DNA of 64,000 bases from a virus (taxonomy: Duplodnaviria > Caudoviricetes). The position numbers and the translations under genes are program-made. Shown here one piece after another: positions 37,465 through 48,300 of the stretch. The notes beneath the pieces are model-generated. The model saw only the letters and a list, made by a program, of their open reading frames with translations. It had not been told where the DNA came from and searched no databases. The stretch is taken from positions 128,001 through 192,000 of IMG/VR virus record IMGVR_UViG_3300023053_000001, one strand, 5' to 3'. The number at the start of each line of letters is the position of its first letter. Within the stretch, counting starts at the first letter, position 1.

Positions 37465-37878
37465 ATGCAGAGAAACAAAGACGAAGACATCCTCAGAGAA
37501 AGTGACTGGGGAAAGAGCAAATCCCGTGACACGCTGACTGAACTGTGGCGGGGTTTGCTGATGCAGGGTAACATCGGTGTCCAGACTTGGCGGATCAAGA
37601 TGGATCGACTGATGCATGATCCTCGCCAGATGTTGATGTCGCGTAGCGAGAGTAAACCTTCGATGCGGGGTAACCTGCGCAAGGCCTTGCTGCGTGACAA
37701 GATGACCTTCAAGCAGTTTGAGCGGGGCATCGTGTTTTTGGGTGTGGAGTATGCCAAGATCATCATCGAGGTGAAATGGCCTGGCCCCGCCGGTCGAGTG
37801 GATCGTGTTGAAAAGACGATCAACCTGGCTGCGGTGGACATGAACTCCAATGACGATGAGGATGACAACGATGACTGA
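37465..37878 (+). CDS. Hypothetical protein (basic helical core, acidic tail)
   Basis: GGAG RBS; ends NDDEDDNDD. Confidence 0.7.
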   Translation: MQRNKDEDILRESDWGKSKSRDTLTELWRGLLMQGNIGVQTWRIKMDRLMHDPRQMLMSRSESKPSMRGNLRKALLRDKMTFKQFERGIVFLGVEYAKIIIEVKWPGPAGRVDRVEKTINLAAVDMNSNDDEDDNDD

Positions 37879-38509
37879 CAACATCGTGGCCACACTCATC
37901 TGTCCGGAGGATGATGGCGTCAGTCACATCAACATCTACAGCGTCGGGCGGACCGTGCTGGGGCGTTGGATGTCCAACTTCGACCACTCGCCCTTCACCC
38001 ATCCGATCTACGGTAGGTTCGCCAGTATGGAAGCATACTGGTACTGGATCGCCACCGGTCGGATACACGATGAACTGCGTCCGCGTTGGGGGATCAGCGC
38101 CAAGAGCGTGGGTTCCAGACTGCCCCGTGTCAACATCGATACATTGGAGTTCAAGCAACTGATCTTGGAGGGGTTCCTCTGCAAGACGCTGGCAACTCCG
38201 CAGGCCATGGTCGACATGGCCGCAAGCTATCTGCCGTTCACCCACTACTACGCCTTTGCCAGTAAGCGCAATCCTGAGGCCAAGCAGACCGTGGTGGATC
38301 AGTCAGGTAAACATCTGTGGCAATTGCAAGCCTGGACGTGGATTCGTTTCCTCTTGCAGAGCAACGGTCAAGCCTACATGGAAGATGCGCGCGATTACGC
38401 TCACACTCACCAGATGGACTGGATCGTCACGCTATTGGAGGAGTTGCGCGAGCCAGTTCTCACTCTGGCGGAAGAGTTGGTGCAGCGCAGTCGCTTCGGC
38501 GGTCAATAA
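37871..38509 (+). CDS. NADAR (YbiA / T4 gp30.3)-like protein
   Basis: INIYS...GRWMSNF..SPF......FASMEAYW...AKSVG parallels the YbiA pattern I.FYS...G.FSNF..PI......PTSEHYF...AA..G. Confidence 0.55.
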   Translation: MTDNIVATLICPEDDGVSHINIYSVGRTVLGRWMSNFDHSPFTHPIYGRFASMEAYWYWIATGRIHDELRPRWGISAKSVGSRLPRVNIDTLEFKQLILEGFLCKTLATPQAMVDMAASYLPFTHYYAFASKRNPEAKQTVVDQSGKHLWQLQAWTWIRFLLQSNGQAYMEDARDYAHTHQMDWIVTLLEELREPVLTLAEELVQRSRFGGQ

Positions 38510-38542
38510 GAGATGGGGGCTTTGGCTCCCATCTTTTTTTTT
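38510..38542 (+). terminator. Canonical intrinsic terminator
   Basis: AGATGGGGGC-TTTG-GCTCCCATCT followed by a long T run. Confidence 0.85.
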
Positions 38543-38594
38543 GTGCCGTCGACCCCCTGACCTAGGTTATGAGAGCTTCCCTTACGAGATTCCT

Positions 38595-40010
38595 ATGGTC
38601 ACTTCATCTGATGCATTGAAAAAGGTCCAAGGCGCTGCGGTGTCCTTGACCAAGAAGAAGCTGACGGCAGCGGCCACTGAAGTCAGCGGTAACGTCACCA
38701 ACCGCCTCAAGCAGAAGCTGAGCGATAAGCTGTCGTCTACGTCCAAGTCCGCCAGCGCGGCTACCACGGCCCTCACCGGCCTTGGCGGTGTCGACGCACT
38801 CACCTCAGGGTTGACCGGTAAGATGGGCGCCCTGGCCGATCTAGGCGGTTTGAAGACCGGTGCCAGTAAGGCCATCAGCTTTGCCACCGATTCGCTGAGC
38901 AAAGCAGCCAACGCCAACACTGCTGACCTGTTCCGTTCCAAGATGGAAGGGATGATGGGCAACAACGTGGCGGCGATGTTGCAGGGTGAGGCGCAGATCA
39001 ATGCCAAGCTTGCACCCTCCCTGGTCACCACCGGTCCCAACGACAAGCTGCTCACCGTCGATGCCTACGATTACAATCCCAAGGCGATCTTCACCTCCTT
39101 TGCCGGTAAGGTCAGTGACCAAGCTACCGGTATCTTCGATGCGCTGGGCGGTAAGGGCGCAATCGCCAAGACCGTGGCCGGTGTCTTGAAGAAGGGCGTG
39201 TCCGGTAACCTCAGTTTGGATACGGGGGCACTGAAGGATCGTCTGATCCAAGTCGCTGGCGGCAAGACCGGCATCATCAACAAGCTGTCCACCAGTTTCA
39301 AGCAGGGCATTGGTGAAGCCACCGGTATTCCTGCGGGGCTGTTGAACAAGGCCAACGTGGTGATCGATGGCGTGGCCCGTGCAGTGGCTACCGATGACAT
39401 TCGTAGCGCCTCCACGTTGTTTGATCTGGTCGGTTCGGTCGTCAACGATAACAGCTTGGTTGAATTCTTGGACATGGGTGCCAAGGCATCGATGCTGTCT
39501 TCGATCTACCGCGAAGCGATCAATCTGGGTGTACCCGAAGCGATCGACATTGTGGTGCGTAAGGCCAACACCAACGATCCTTCAGCGCTGTACGCGCTGG
39601 GCGCCACGATCGATACGGCCGTCATCAACGGCAACATCCCCACTGTCAAGCTGATGATCGACAAACTGGGCGCGCCGGCGGTGCTGGCTAAGTTCCCTGA
39701 ATCGATCCGTCAGATTCTGGCCTCCTACCAGTTCGACAAAGATCCCAGTGAAGCCAACCTGACGCTCATGTACAACGAGCTGATGGCCGTGCTCAATGCA
39801 CTGGACCCGAACTGGGGTAAGTTCCAGCGCAACGGGGTGTGGGTGACTGACTTCACCGTCTACACCAACATCAGCGGTCATGCAAAGCAGTTGCTCAGTC
39901 GTGATACGGACCGCGTGATTGGCATGTCGCTGGCCTCGTACTATCCGGTGACGTCCTGCGCCGGAAAGGCACGTGAGTTCTATCCCTCTGCCGTGTTTGA
40001 TCTGACCTGA
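38595..40010 (+). CDS. phiKZ-like virion (tail) structural protein
   Basis: Ala/Gly/Lys/Ser-rich N-half, preceded by a candidate late promoter, adjacent to baseplate and tape-measure genes. Confidence 0.6.
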   Translation: MVTSSDALKKVQGAAVSLTKKKLTAAATEVSGNVTNRLKQKLSDKLSSTSKSASAATTALTGLGGVDALTSGLTGKMGALADLGGLKTGASKAISFATDSLSKAANANTADLFRSKMEGMMGNNVAAMLQGEAQINAKLAPSLVTTGPNDKLLTVDAYDYNPKAIFTSFAGKVSDQATGIFDALGGKGAIAKTVAGVLKKGVSGNLSLDTGALKDRLIQVAGGKTGIINKLSTSFKQGIGEATGIPAGLLNKANVVIDGVARAVATDDIRSASTLFDLVGSVVNDNSLVEFLDMGAKASMLSSIYREAINLGVPEAIDIVVRKANTNDPSALYALGATIDTAVINGNIPTVKLMIDKLGAPAVLAKFPESIRQILASYQFDKDPSEANLTLMYNELMAVLNALDPNWGKFQRNGVWVTDFTVYTNISGHAKQLLSRDTDRVIGMSLASYYPVTSCAGKAREFYPSAVFDLT

Positions 40011-40051
40011 CATAAGCCCCTCCAGTCCGCAATGGACTGGAGGGGTCTATG
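40011..40051. terminator. CATA-stem-loop-TATG element 6
   Basis: CATAAGCCCCTCCAGTCC-GCAAT-GGACTGGAGGGGTCTATG between convergent genes. Confidence 0.7.
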
Positions 40052-40063
40052 CCGTTCTTTTCT

Positions 40064-42325
40064 TTACCGCGTGTTGTCGCGATCGGTACCCATCGACGCC
40101 GCACGGATCATTCGGCCAGGCAGCGTATCCATGAAGACCGAGGACCAGCGCGAAGCCGAGTTCCAGGTCTTGTAGTTCTGCTTGGCCAGCGAGTGAGCCA
40201 GTGCGATCTTGCGGGTGCCGTACACCATCTGCTGCAGCGACAGCGAACCCATCACGGCCAAGTAGTCCGTGTAGGCGTTGTCATCGCTGTAGGTCGAAGG
40301 TGTGGTGGCCGAAGCCACATCGTTGGCAGCGCCTTGCAGCGTACCGTCTTCACCACCTTCACCGCCCGTGCCCAGTACCGCATCACCGGCAGAGCCGGCA
40401 GCATCGGCGGCCATCAACCAGCCCTTCTCCCACAGCTTGAAGCCTGCAGAGATCGGCATGTGCATGACCGTGGACAGATCCACGACAGTGAAGTGCAGAT
40501 CGATACCCATCTGCTCGTGTTCTTCGGTCCAACCTACGTTGGCCGTACCACGCTGGATGGTCAGCGATTCGATCATACCCAGACGGATGGCGCAACGGCC
40601 CTGGGAGTAGCACTCGCACAGGAACGGTGAGGTGTAGGTACGTGCACCAGTGGACAGGGGCAGCGTGCCAGCCATCAGCATGGCAGTGGGCACCAGCTCG
40701 TACAGGAAGCGGGAGAGTTTATCGCCCGACCATGCACGCAGCTGGATGTTGAAGTCCGCACGTGGCAACTGCGCCGTGGACGAATCCCAGACCTTGGGAA
40801 TATCCACAAACGCCAGACCCGTCAGGGCCATGACGCCACCCATCTGGATCTTGGCCAATGCGTTTTCGGCAAAGGACTGCAACGCGCCGGTAGCCGACTG
40901 CAACAGACCGGCGCCGTCGATGTTACCTTCAGCCATCGAGAAGCGTTTGGACTTCATCGAAGAACTGGTGGAGTTCATCGTAGAGGCAATATCCGACTCA
41001 CGGGTGGAGTTGGAGAACGACTCACTGGCCTGACCGGGATTGTCTACACGGAAGGTCACAAAGTCCGAACCGTCGCGACGATCACCTTCCAGATAGTTCC
41101 AGAACTTACCTGCGGTCTCACCGGCCGTCAGTGCACCTTCATTGGCATTGGCATCGGGCATGCTGTACTGGGACATGTCGCCCACCGCAGCACCGTTATT
41201 ACCATTGCCGCCTTCCACCTTCTTGTTCTGGCTGGCTTCGAAGTAGGACTGCAGGTATTCGGTCATCGAGCGGTCCTTGGGGACCTTCTCGCTACCCGTC
41301 CACACCGTCTGGATGTAGTCTCGCAGGTTCGATCGCAGCTTGCCGGGAGTGATCAGATCCAGCGTACGGAAGTTCTGCGCATCACGCAGCTTTTGGTTGT
41401 ACAGGTTAGCCAAACGCTGAGCACGCGAGGTCACGTTACGGATGTTGATCAACCCGTCCTTCTGGAACAGGTCCGGCAGCATCTCGGCAAAGGCCGAACG
41501 ATACTTCTCGGAGAACACGTCCTGGTCGGTGTAGTTGGTGGTACGACTGTCCGAAGGTGCATACGGGCTCAAGCCCATGTTGTTGGCCAGACCGTTACAG
41601 ATCGCCGTCACCGCATCCCAGTACAGGGCCATGGTGGCTTTGAGGTAGTAATACTTGGTCGTAGGCCAACCGGCCAACGTGCGCAAAATACGACCACCCA
41701 AGACAATCGGGTAGAACGGTGCAGCCAGCAGTGTACCGACTGCAGCACCTGCCGCGCCTGCCGCAGACTGGATCGGCGCAGACAGGAAGTCCAGACTCGC
41801 ACGACCGGTACGCGCCAACTGCGAGGAGTCCGGATCGTACATGCCACCGAAGAAGGTCCACAGGCTGTTGAATTCGGGTACGCCAAATCGCATGTGCACC
41901 AGCTGCGAGTTGTCGTCGATGGATTCACTGTAATAGCGACCCATACCCATGCTTTGCGCTGACTTCTGACGCATGTCGCGCCAGCTGTCGGCAATGCCGT
42001 GATACACCGCGACCGGATCGGTCAGCGTGTCACCCCAATTGAGCTTTCGCGACGCCGCTGTGCCCACAGAACCACCGCCGGTTTTGATGTCGGCATAGCG
42101 GGTGAACTGAGGTGGGGCATTGATCGCAAAGTTACCGCCCAACGTGGTGTCGGTAAACTTGAATGCAGCAGTTGTCATCATCCGGCGGACCATGTCCGTG
42201 GTGGTGATGGCATCACTCGACAACAAGAACGACTGGCGAATCCAATCGTTGTCCATCGGACGTTCCGTCAGAGCCTGCGGCATCGGCTCATCACTCTGAC
42301 TCGTCCAGGTGGCAGTATCTACCAT
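40064..42325 (-). CDS. phiKZ-like baseplate/tail structural protein
   Basis: Directly downstream of the tape measure; GGAG RBS; motifs FTDTTLGGNFAINAPPQFTRYAD and SPFLCECYSQGR..IRLGMIESL. Confidence 0.65.
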   Translation of the reverse strand: MVDTATWTSQSDEPMPQALTERPMDNDWIRQSFLLSSDAITTTDMVRRMMTTAAFKFTDTTLGGNFAINAPPQFTRYADIKTGGGSVGTAASRKLNWGDTLTDPVAVYHGIADSWRDMRQKSAQSMGMGRYYSESIDDNSQLVHMRFGVPEFNSLWTFFGGMYDPDSSQLARTGRASLDFLSAPIQSAAGAAGAAVGTLLAAPFYPIVLGGRILRTLAGWPTTKYYYLKATMALYWDAVTAICNGLANNMGLSPYAPSDSRTTNYTDQDVFSEKYRSAFAEMLPDLFQKDGLINIRNVTSRAQRLANLYNQKLRDAQNFRTLDLITPGKLRSNLRDYIQTVWTGSEKVPKDRSMTEYLQSYFEASQNKKVEGGNGNNGAAVGDMSQYSMPDANANEGALTAGETAGKFWNYLEGDRRDGSDFVTFRVDNPGQASESFSNSTRESDIASTMNSTSSSMKSKRFSMAEGNIDGAGLLQSATGALQSFAENALAKIQMGGVMALTGLAFVDIPKVWDSSTAQLPRADFNIQLRAWSGDKLSRFLYELVPTAMLMAGTLPLSTGARTYTSPFLCECYSQGRCAIRLGMIESLTIQRGTANVGWTEEHEQMGIDLHFTVVDLSTVMHMPISAGFKLWEKGWLMAADAAGSAGDAVLGTGGEGGEDGTLQGAANDVASATTPSTYSDDNAYTDYLAVMGSLSLQQMVYGTRKIALAHSLAKQNYKTWNSASRWSSVFMDTLPGRMIRAASMGTDRDNTR

Positions 42326-42378
42326 GTCATTCTCCAAGAAAAGAAAACGGGGCCCCATTACAGGGCCCCGTTTCAAAC

Positions 42379-45300
42379 TCAACCAATGGCGTTACGATTG
42401 CGACGCATCGACACCGGCGTATCGGCAGCAGTGGCCGGTGCTACGGCTTTCTCGCGCTGAACGATCTGACTGCGATCGATCTTACCTTGCGCGGTGATGG
42501 CCGGAGCACTGGTGGGCGTGTTGCTATCAGCATTGGCAGCGGCCGCGCGAGCGACCTGGGTACCGGTCTGACCGGAAAGGAACCCAACCAGCTGTCCCAC
42601 CTTGTTGTCGATGGAGGTCATCACATCCAACTGCTTGGACATGATGTCCGTCATGCGACGGGTTTCCTGCTGCTCGGCACGCACGGTGGCTTGCGAGCGG
42701 GTGTCGTTCACAGCATTGGCTTCCTGCTGCTGCTGGATACGCTTGGCCAGATCACTGTCGGTCCGATTGGCCTCATCCACACGCGTGCTCTGCACGGCCG
42801 GAGCCGGCATGACAGACGTGTTCAGAGTCGGAGTCGGAGCATCCGGGCGAGCGGCCGGCATCTGGTAGTTGACCCGACCCACTGCAGCCGGATTACTGGC
42901 TTCAGTGGGAGCACTCGGCGCACTGGTGGCCGATTGCTGATAGGCACTACCTACGCCACCGGTCATGCTACCGTTGGTGACGCCCTGCGAGAACTGGTAG
43001 GCCGGTTCGCTCTTACCCAGCGAGGTCTTCGGGGAGTTCTCCGAAGCGGTCGTCGCATTGGCACGAACGTTGTTCAGCTCGGTGTTACCAGTCATCTCCT
43101 GCATGAACTTCTTGAAGTGCGACGCACGATCGGCCAGACCGTTGGTACCACCGTTGACCAGCTTGGTAACGCCATTGACGTCACCACCAGCGGCCATCTT
43201 GCGGATACCAGCGCCACGGCTCAACCACCAGTGGATCGAGGCCTGAGCACCGACCTTAGGATCGGAGACCAGCAGGTCCGGGTTGCTCAGCACGTCAATG
43301 CCAGAGGCCTTGGCGAACTTGGCGTAGTTGTCTCGTCCGGTCAACTGGATGAAACCACGACCGCGGAACTTGAAACCGTCACCGGGCTGGTTGTTGCCCA
43401 TACGTCCCTGATAAGCACGATCCAAGATCGCACGCTTACCGCCAGCAGCCATTGCGGCTTCGGCTTCCGCAGGACTGCGGAAATACTTCTTGAAGATCTG
43501 TGCAGCACGGGCCGGGCTGTAGTTGTAACCTTCAGAGATGGTGCGGAAGTTCCCCGACTCATGCGCGCACTGAGCCAAGAACATGGCCAGTTCGGTTTTG
43601 TCAGTGATACCGGCCTTGATGGCCTCCTTCATCAACATCTCTTGCAGTTCCTTCGCACTGCCCTTCAGCGCCGGCGGAGGCGGACCTTCCGGTACCGGTG
43701 CCCCACCACCACCGCCACCACCTGCCGCGGCAGCGCCACCTCCGAAGCCGAGCTTGGCAGCGGTGTTACTCCACCAACCACCGCCTCCGGACGGCTTAGC
43801 GCCACCCACACCGGCAAACTTCTCACCGGCCCGCTGCCCTGCTTGCGTGTTGCCCAACATGGCAGTGGATGCAGCACCGGCAGTGCCAATGATCTTGGCA
43901 GCGTCGGCCTTGGCCTTTTCGTACTCGGCGCTGGTCTTACCCAACGCTTCGGCCTGACGGGCATTGATGTCCTTCAACTGCGAAGCCTTCTTCTGACGAT
44001 CAATCCAGTCAGTGGCCCAGTCCGCACCGAAGATACCAAACACACCCGCCGAGCTGCTGTTACCGAGACGCTCAGCCTTACCCTTGAACTTGCCCCACAG
44101 GGAACGTTCCTTTTCCACCGTGTCAATGGCGAGCTTGTACGCATCGCCCACGCCACCGACATTCATCTCTACCGGCTTACCGTCGAAGGCGCCTGCTTTG
44201 ATGTTGTACGTTTGCGGGTTGATGTTGTTTACGGCTTTGAGCAACGAAGCCTTCTGGTCCTGCGACAGCTCGCTGTCAGCATCGCCCAGCTTCATCTGCG
44301 CCTTGATGGCGCGTACGTTGGTCAACCAAGCCAGGAACACCGGCTTGAAGCGGTTGTTGAACCAGACGTCGAACATGGCCCGTTCATCCTTGTTACTGGT
44401 GAACCAACCATCATCCAAGTCGAACAACTTGTACACCGCTTCCATGGTCAGTTCACCGCCAGCGGCGATGTCCAGACCATTGCCCATCTGCTTGACTGCC
44501 GGTTCGCACATCTGCTCCAGTTCAGAGATCATCTTACCCTGATCGCTGTCCTGATAGCCGTAACCGTACTGAGCCATACGGAAAGCACGCAGCGGCGTGT
44601 AGGTGCCGTAGTTGTACTTCTTGTAGACCTTGTAGCCCACATACGCCACCGCACCGACGATTGCCGCACCGATAGCCACAGGCGAACCCAGCACGGCCAG
44701 AGCACCCGTACCCAGCGTACCCATCACACCCATGCCACCTGCACCTGCAGCGGCAGTACCCGCGGCAGCCGTACCGGCACCTGCAGCACCGCCAGCCAGC
44801 GCGGTACCACCAGCAGCGGCCGTGCCGCCACCGAGCAGGCTGTTAGCCATCAAACCGTAGCTGACCGCATCGATGCCGGTGTTGATCGCCTTGGACCCCG
44901 CAGAGTTCGGACCACCAGTCACCTTGTCGATTGCGTAATCGGCACCAAAGCCCATCGCCAGACCACTGGCGATACCGCCAATGGAAGCACTGCGCGGCTT
45001 GAACCGAGCCAGACGTCCACCGGCACGACGCAACAGTCCGGGCTTCTTGGCGGCACCGGCAACGCCGGCAGCAGCCTTACCCTTGTTACGCTTGAGCCAG
45101 TTGGGCAGACGGCTACCGATTGCGCCAGTAGCAGCGCCAGCCATACGACCGACCTTGGAGCGACCGAACCTACGGCTCCACTTGTTACGACGGGCATTCA
45201 TGTTGCGGCGCATACCGCCACGCTTGCGACCACGGGCATCACGGTGGGCAGCGCCCTTACCGTCCTTACCCCGACCACCACCGTCGCCACCACCGCCCAT

Positions 45301-48300
45301 GAAGATGGTGTTGCCACCACCACCGCCCTCGCCATCCTCATCGTCCTCATCATCGCCACCGCCGCCAAACAAACCGCCGGTGATCTTGGACAGGAACTTA
45401 CTGAGGAAGCCGTTCTTCTCCTTCTCCGCTGCCTGCTCCTCGGCTTCTTCCTCAGCCTTACGGCCCCGGAAGGTAGCCAGACGTTCCTCGTAGGAACCGG
45501 CACGGATTTTCTTCGGCTTGGGCAGGCGTTCCTTCAGCAGGTCGCGGATTTCCACCAGCAGACCCACCGTGGCCTGATCAGCAGTCATGTTGCCACCGCT
45601 GCGCAGACCGAACATGCGACCGATACCACGGCCCAACGCACCCAGCGCATTACCGCCGAGCTTGAAGGCACCGCCGATCAGCGAACCATACCCGCTGGCA
45701 ATGGAACCGGCAGCATTTGCCAGACCACGACCGATTGAGCCGACAGCATTGATCAGACCGTTACCACGCTTGAGCTTCTTGCCGCGGTAGTCCACCAGAC
45801 CGGCCTTGAACTCTTCCAGCGACAGCGCCTCACGCAGCGTACCCTCAACCATCTTGAAGGTCTGGCCACGGATTTGCTCCCAACGCTTGATCTTGGTCTT
45901 GCGATCATCTGCAAAGACCAGACCGTTACGCATTTCCGTTACGGTGATGCGCGGGTTGGGATCGCCGGGGACGTAGATGTCCTGCGGAGCATTGGCTTCA
46001 CGAATCTTGCGGTTGACCCAGGAGATAGCACGGAAGGGTGCAGCCACCAGCGACGCATAGCCGCCGAGGATACCGCCGCCTGCCTTGAGCAGTCGACCGA
46101 ACACGTCACCGGTGGCGCGGAACAGCTTGCGCCCTTGGGTGTCGTACATGCCTTCCTGATATTCCTCAGCCGTGAGGACGATCACCGCAGGATCTGCGGA
46201 ACGATCTTCCACCGGGCCGGTAATGTCACGCCACTTACGGACCTGCTTGTTGGTCAGCTGATCCCAGTAGTTGCCCGCATTCATCTTGGCACGGGTCATG
46301 ATGACACGACCCTGCTTGTTACGGATGTCACCGAGGTAGTCACCGGCCATGGAGCCGAGCGAGCCGAGCTTGCGCGCCAGCGTGATGGGCGACTTCCAGA
46401 TGCCGACGGCAAAGCGCCCGTAAGCGCGAGCCAGACCACCCAGACCGCGACCCATGCTGGACAGACCACGGCCGATACCGCCCATGGCACGACCACCCAG
46501 ACCGCGCAGACGCTTGCCCAACCCACCACCGCCACCACCTTCGCCCGGAGCACTGGTGAAGTCACCATTCTCCAACACGTCAAGGATTGCGGTTTGCAGC
46601 TGTACCTGCTGCTGACCCAGTTCGATCAGCGGAGTCAGGTCAAAGCCGGGCATGCCACCTTCAACACCGGCAGCGCTGTCACCGCCCTCACGCCACGCAT
46701 TGACACGGTCACGACCTGCCGTCACAGCCTGCGTTGCCGCAGTCTTGGCTTCCTCGTAACTGTTACGCAGACGCGTCTTGAGCGAAGTCAACTGCTCACC
46801 GGCGCTGTTGTACATGTCCTTGGCAAAGTCCTTAGCCGACAGCACGATGTTACCTTCGCCATCGACCACGCTACCACGGATGTCATCGATGCTCTTGAGC
46901 ACAGCACCGGAAGCCTGATCGAAGTATTCGCCCGCTGCCAGTGCAGCGGCTTCAATCTTGGGATGCTTCCCGTTACCGACGTAGACATCGAACAGACGCT
47001 TACCTTCGGCCTTGAATGCGTCCTTCTTTTGGTTGAGCGCATCGCGAGCACCGCGGGCAGCACGACGCCCCTTGACTGCACCGCGCTTGAGTTCGCGTTG
47101 CGCCTTGGCCTGGACCTTACCAACCCATGCCGGGGTGTTGCCTTCTTCATCCTTCAGACCACGAGCGATGTCCTTGGCCGCAGCGATGATGTTGCCCTTG
47201 TTGTCGATGACCGTACCGGAGATGTCATCCCACTTCTCGATCAGCTTACCCGATGCCTGGTCGTAGTAATCACCAGCGGCCAACCGCACCCCTTCCAGCA
47301 ACGTGCGCTCACCATCGTTGGTGAGGATGTCGCTGTACTTGTTGTACTGATTGGTCAGCCCCGCCATTGCCTGACGGCGAGCACGTTCAGCACGCACGCG
47401 ATGACGACGGGTACCCTTCTCGGCTTTCTTAGCCAGCGACTTGGCACGTTCCTTGGCCTTGTCCAGCTGCTTTTGCACCTTGGGGTGATCGCTGAGATAG
47501 CCCTCCGCCAGATCCTTCGCATTGAGGATCACACGGTCGGCCTGATCCTTCAGGTTACCGCGCAGCTGATCCAGACTGGTGATGACCTTGCCCGAGGCAC
47601 TGTCGTAATACTCACCGGCCTTCAGCTTGGCAAAGTCGACCAGCGCTTCCTTACCGTCTTGGGTGTAGACTTCCACTGCCTCGTTGTACAAGTCCGATCC
47701 ACGGTTGTAGATGTCCTTGGCACGACGCTTGGCACCCCGGTAGCCCACACGAGCACGAGCGCGCAGACGGCTGGTCGCCTTTCCTGCAACACCCGGTGCC
47801 AGATACGGCGTGGACTTACGACGGAAAGCTTCGCGCTCTTCCGGGGTCAGCAACAGGCTGGGGTCCATATCCGGGGAGAGATCTTCCGGACGGGCATTGA
47901 ACAGCTGGTCATGGAAGTGAGCGTAATTGACGTTGTCGGTGTAACCCTGACGGTCAATCATGCCCATCTCTTTCAGGTACTCACGACCGCCGGTCTCCAT
48001 GTAGACGCTCATGGCGGCCTTGGGATCGGGGATGGCACCCTTCAGTCGACGGAAGGCTTCATCGTGGGCAGTACGACGCTGCTGATTGAACGTCCCGTCA
48101 TCGCGGGTATAGTTCGAGTTCAGTACCTGCTCCAGCTCCATCTTCGAGCTGTAGGACAGGTTAGCCGTATCGCTTTCGGTGTCGCTGTAACGCTTGGGAT
48201 CGTAGTGTCGACCGGAGATGGTGTCGATCAGGATCTGACGCTTGAGTTCATCGCGCGTCTTGTCCGAGACCTTGTGGTCACCGATCAGATCAGTGACCCA

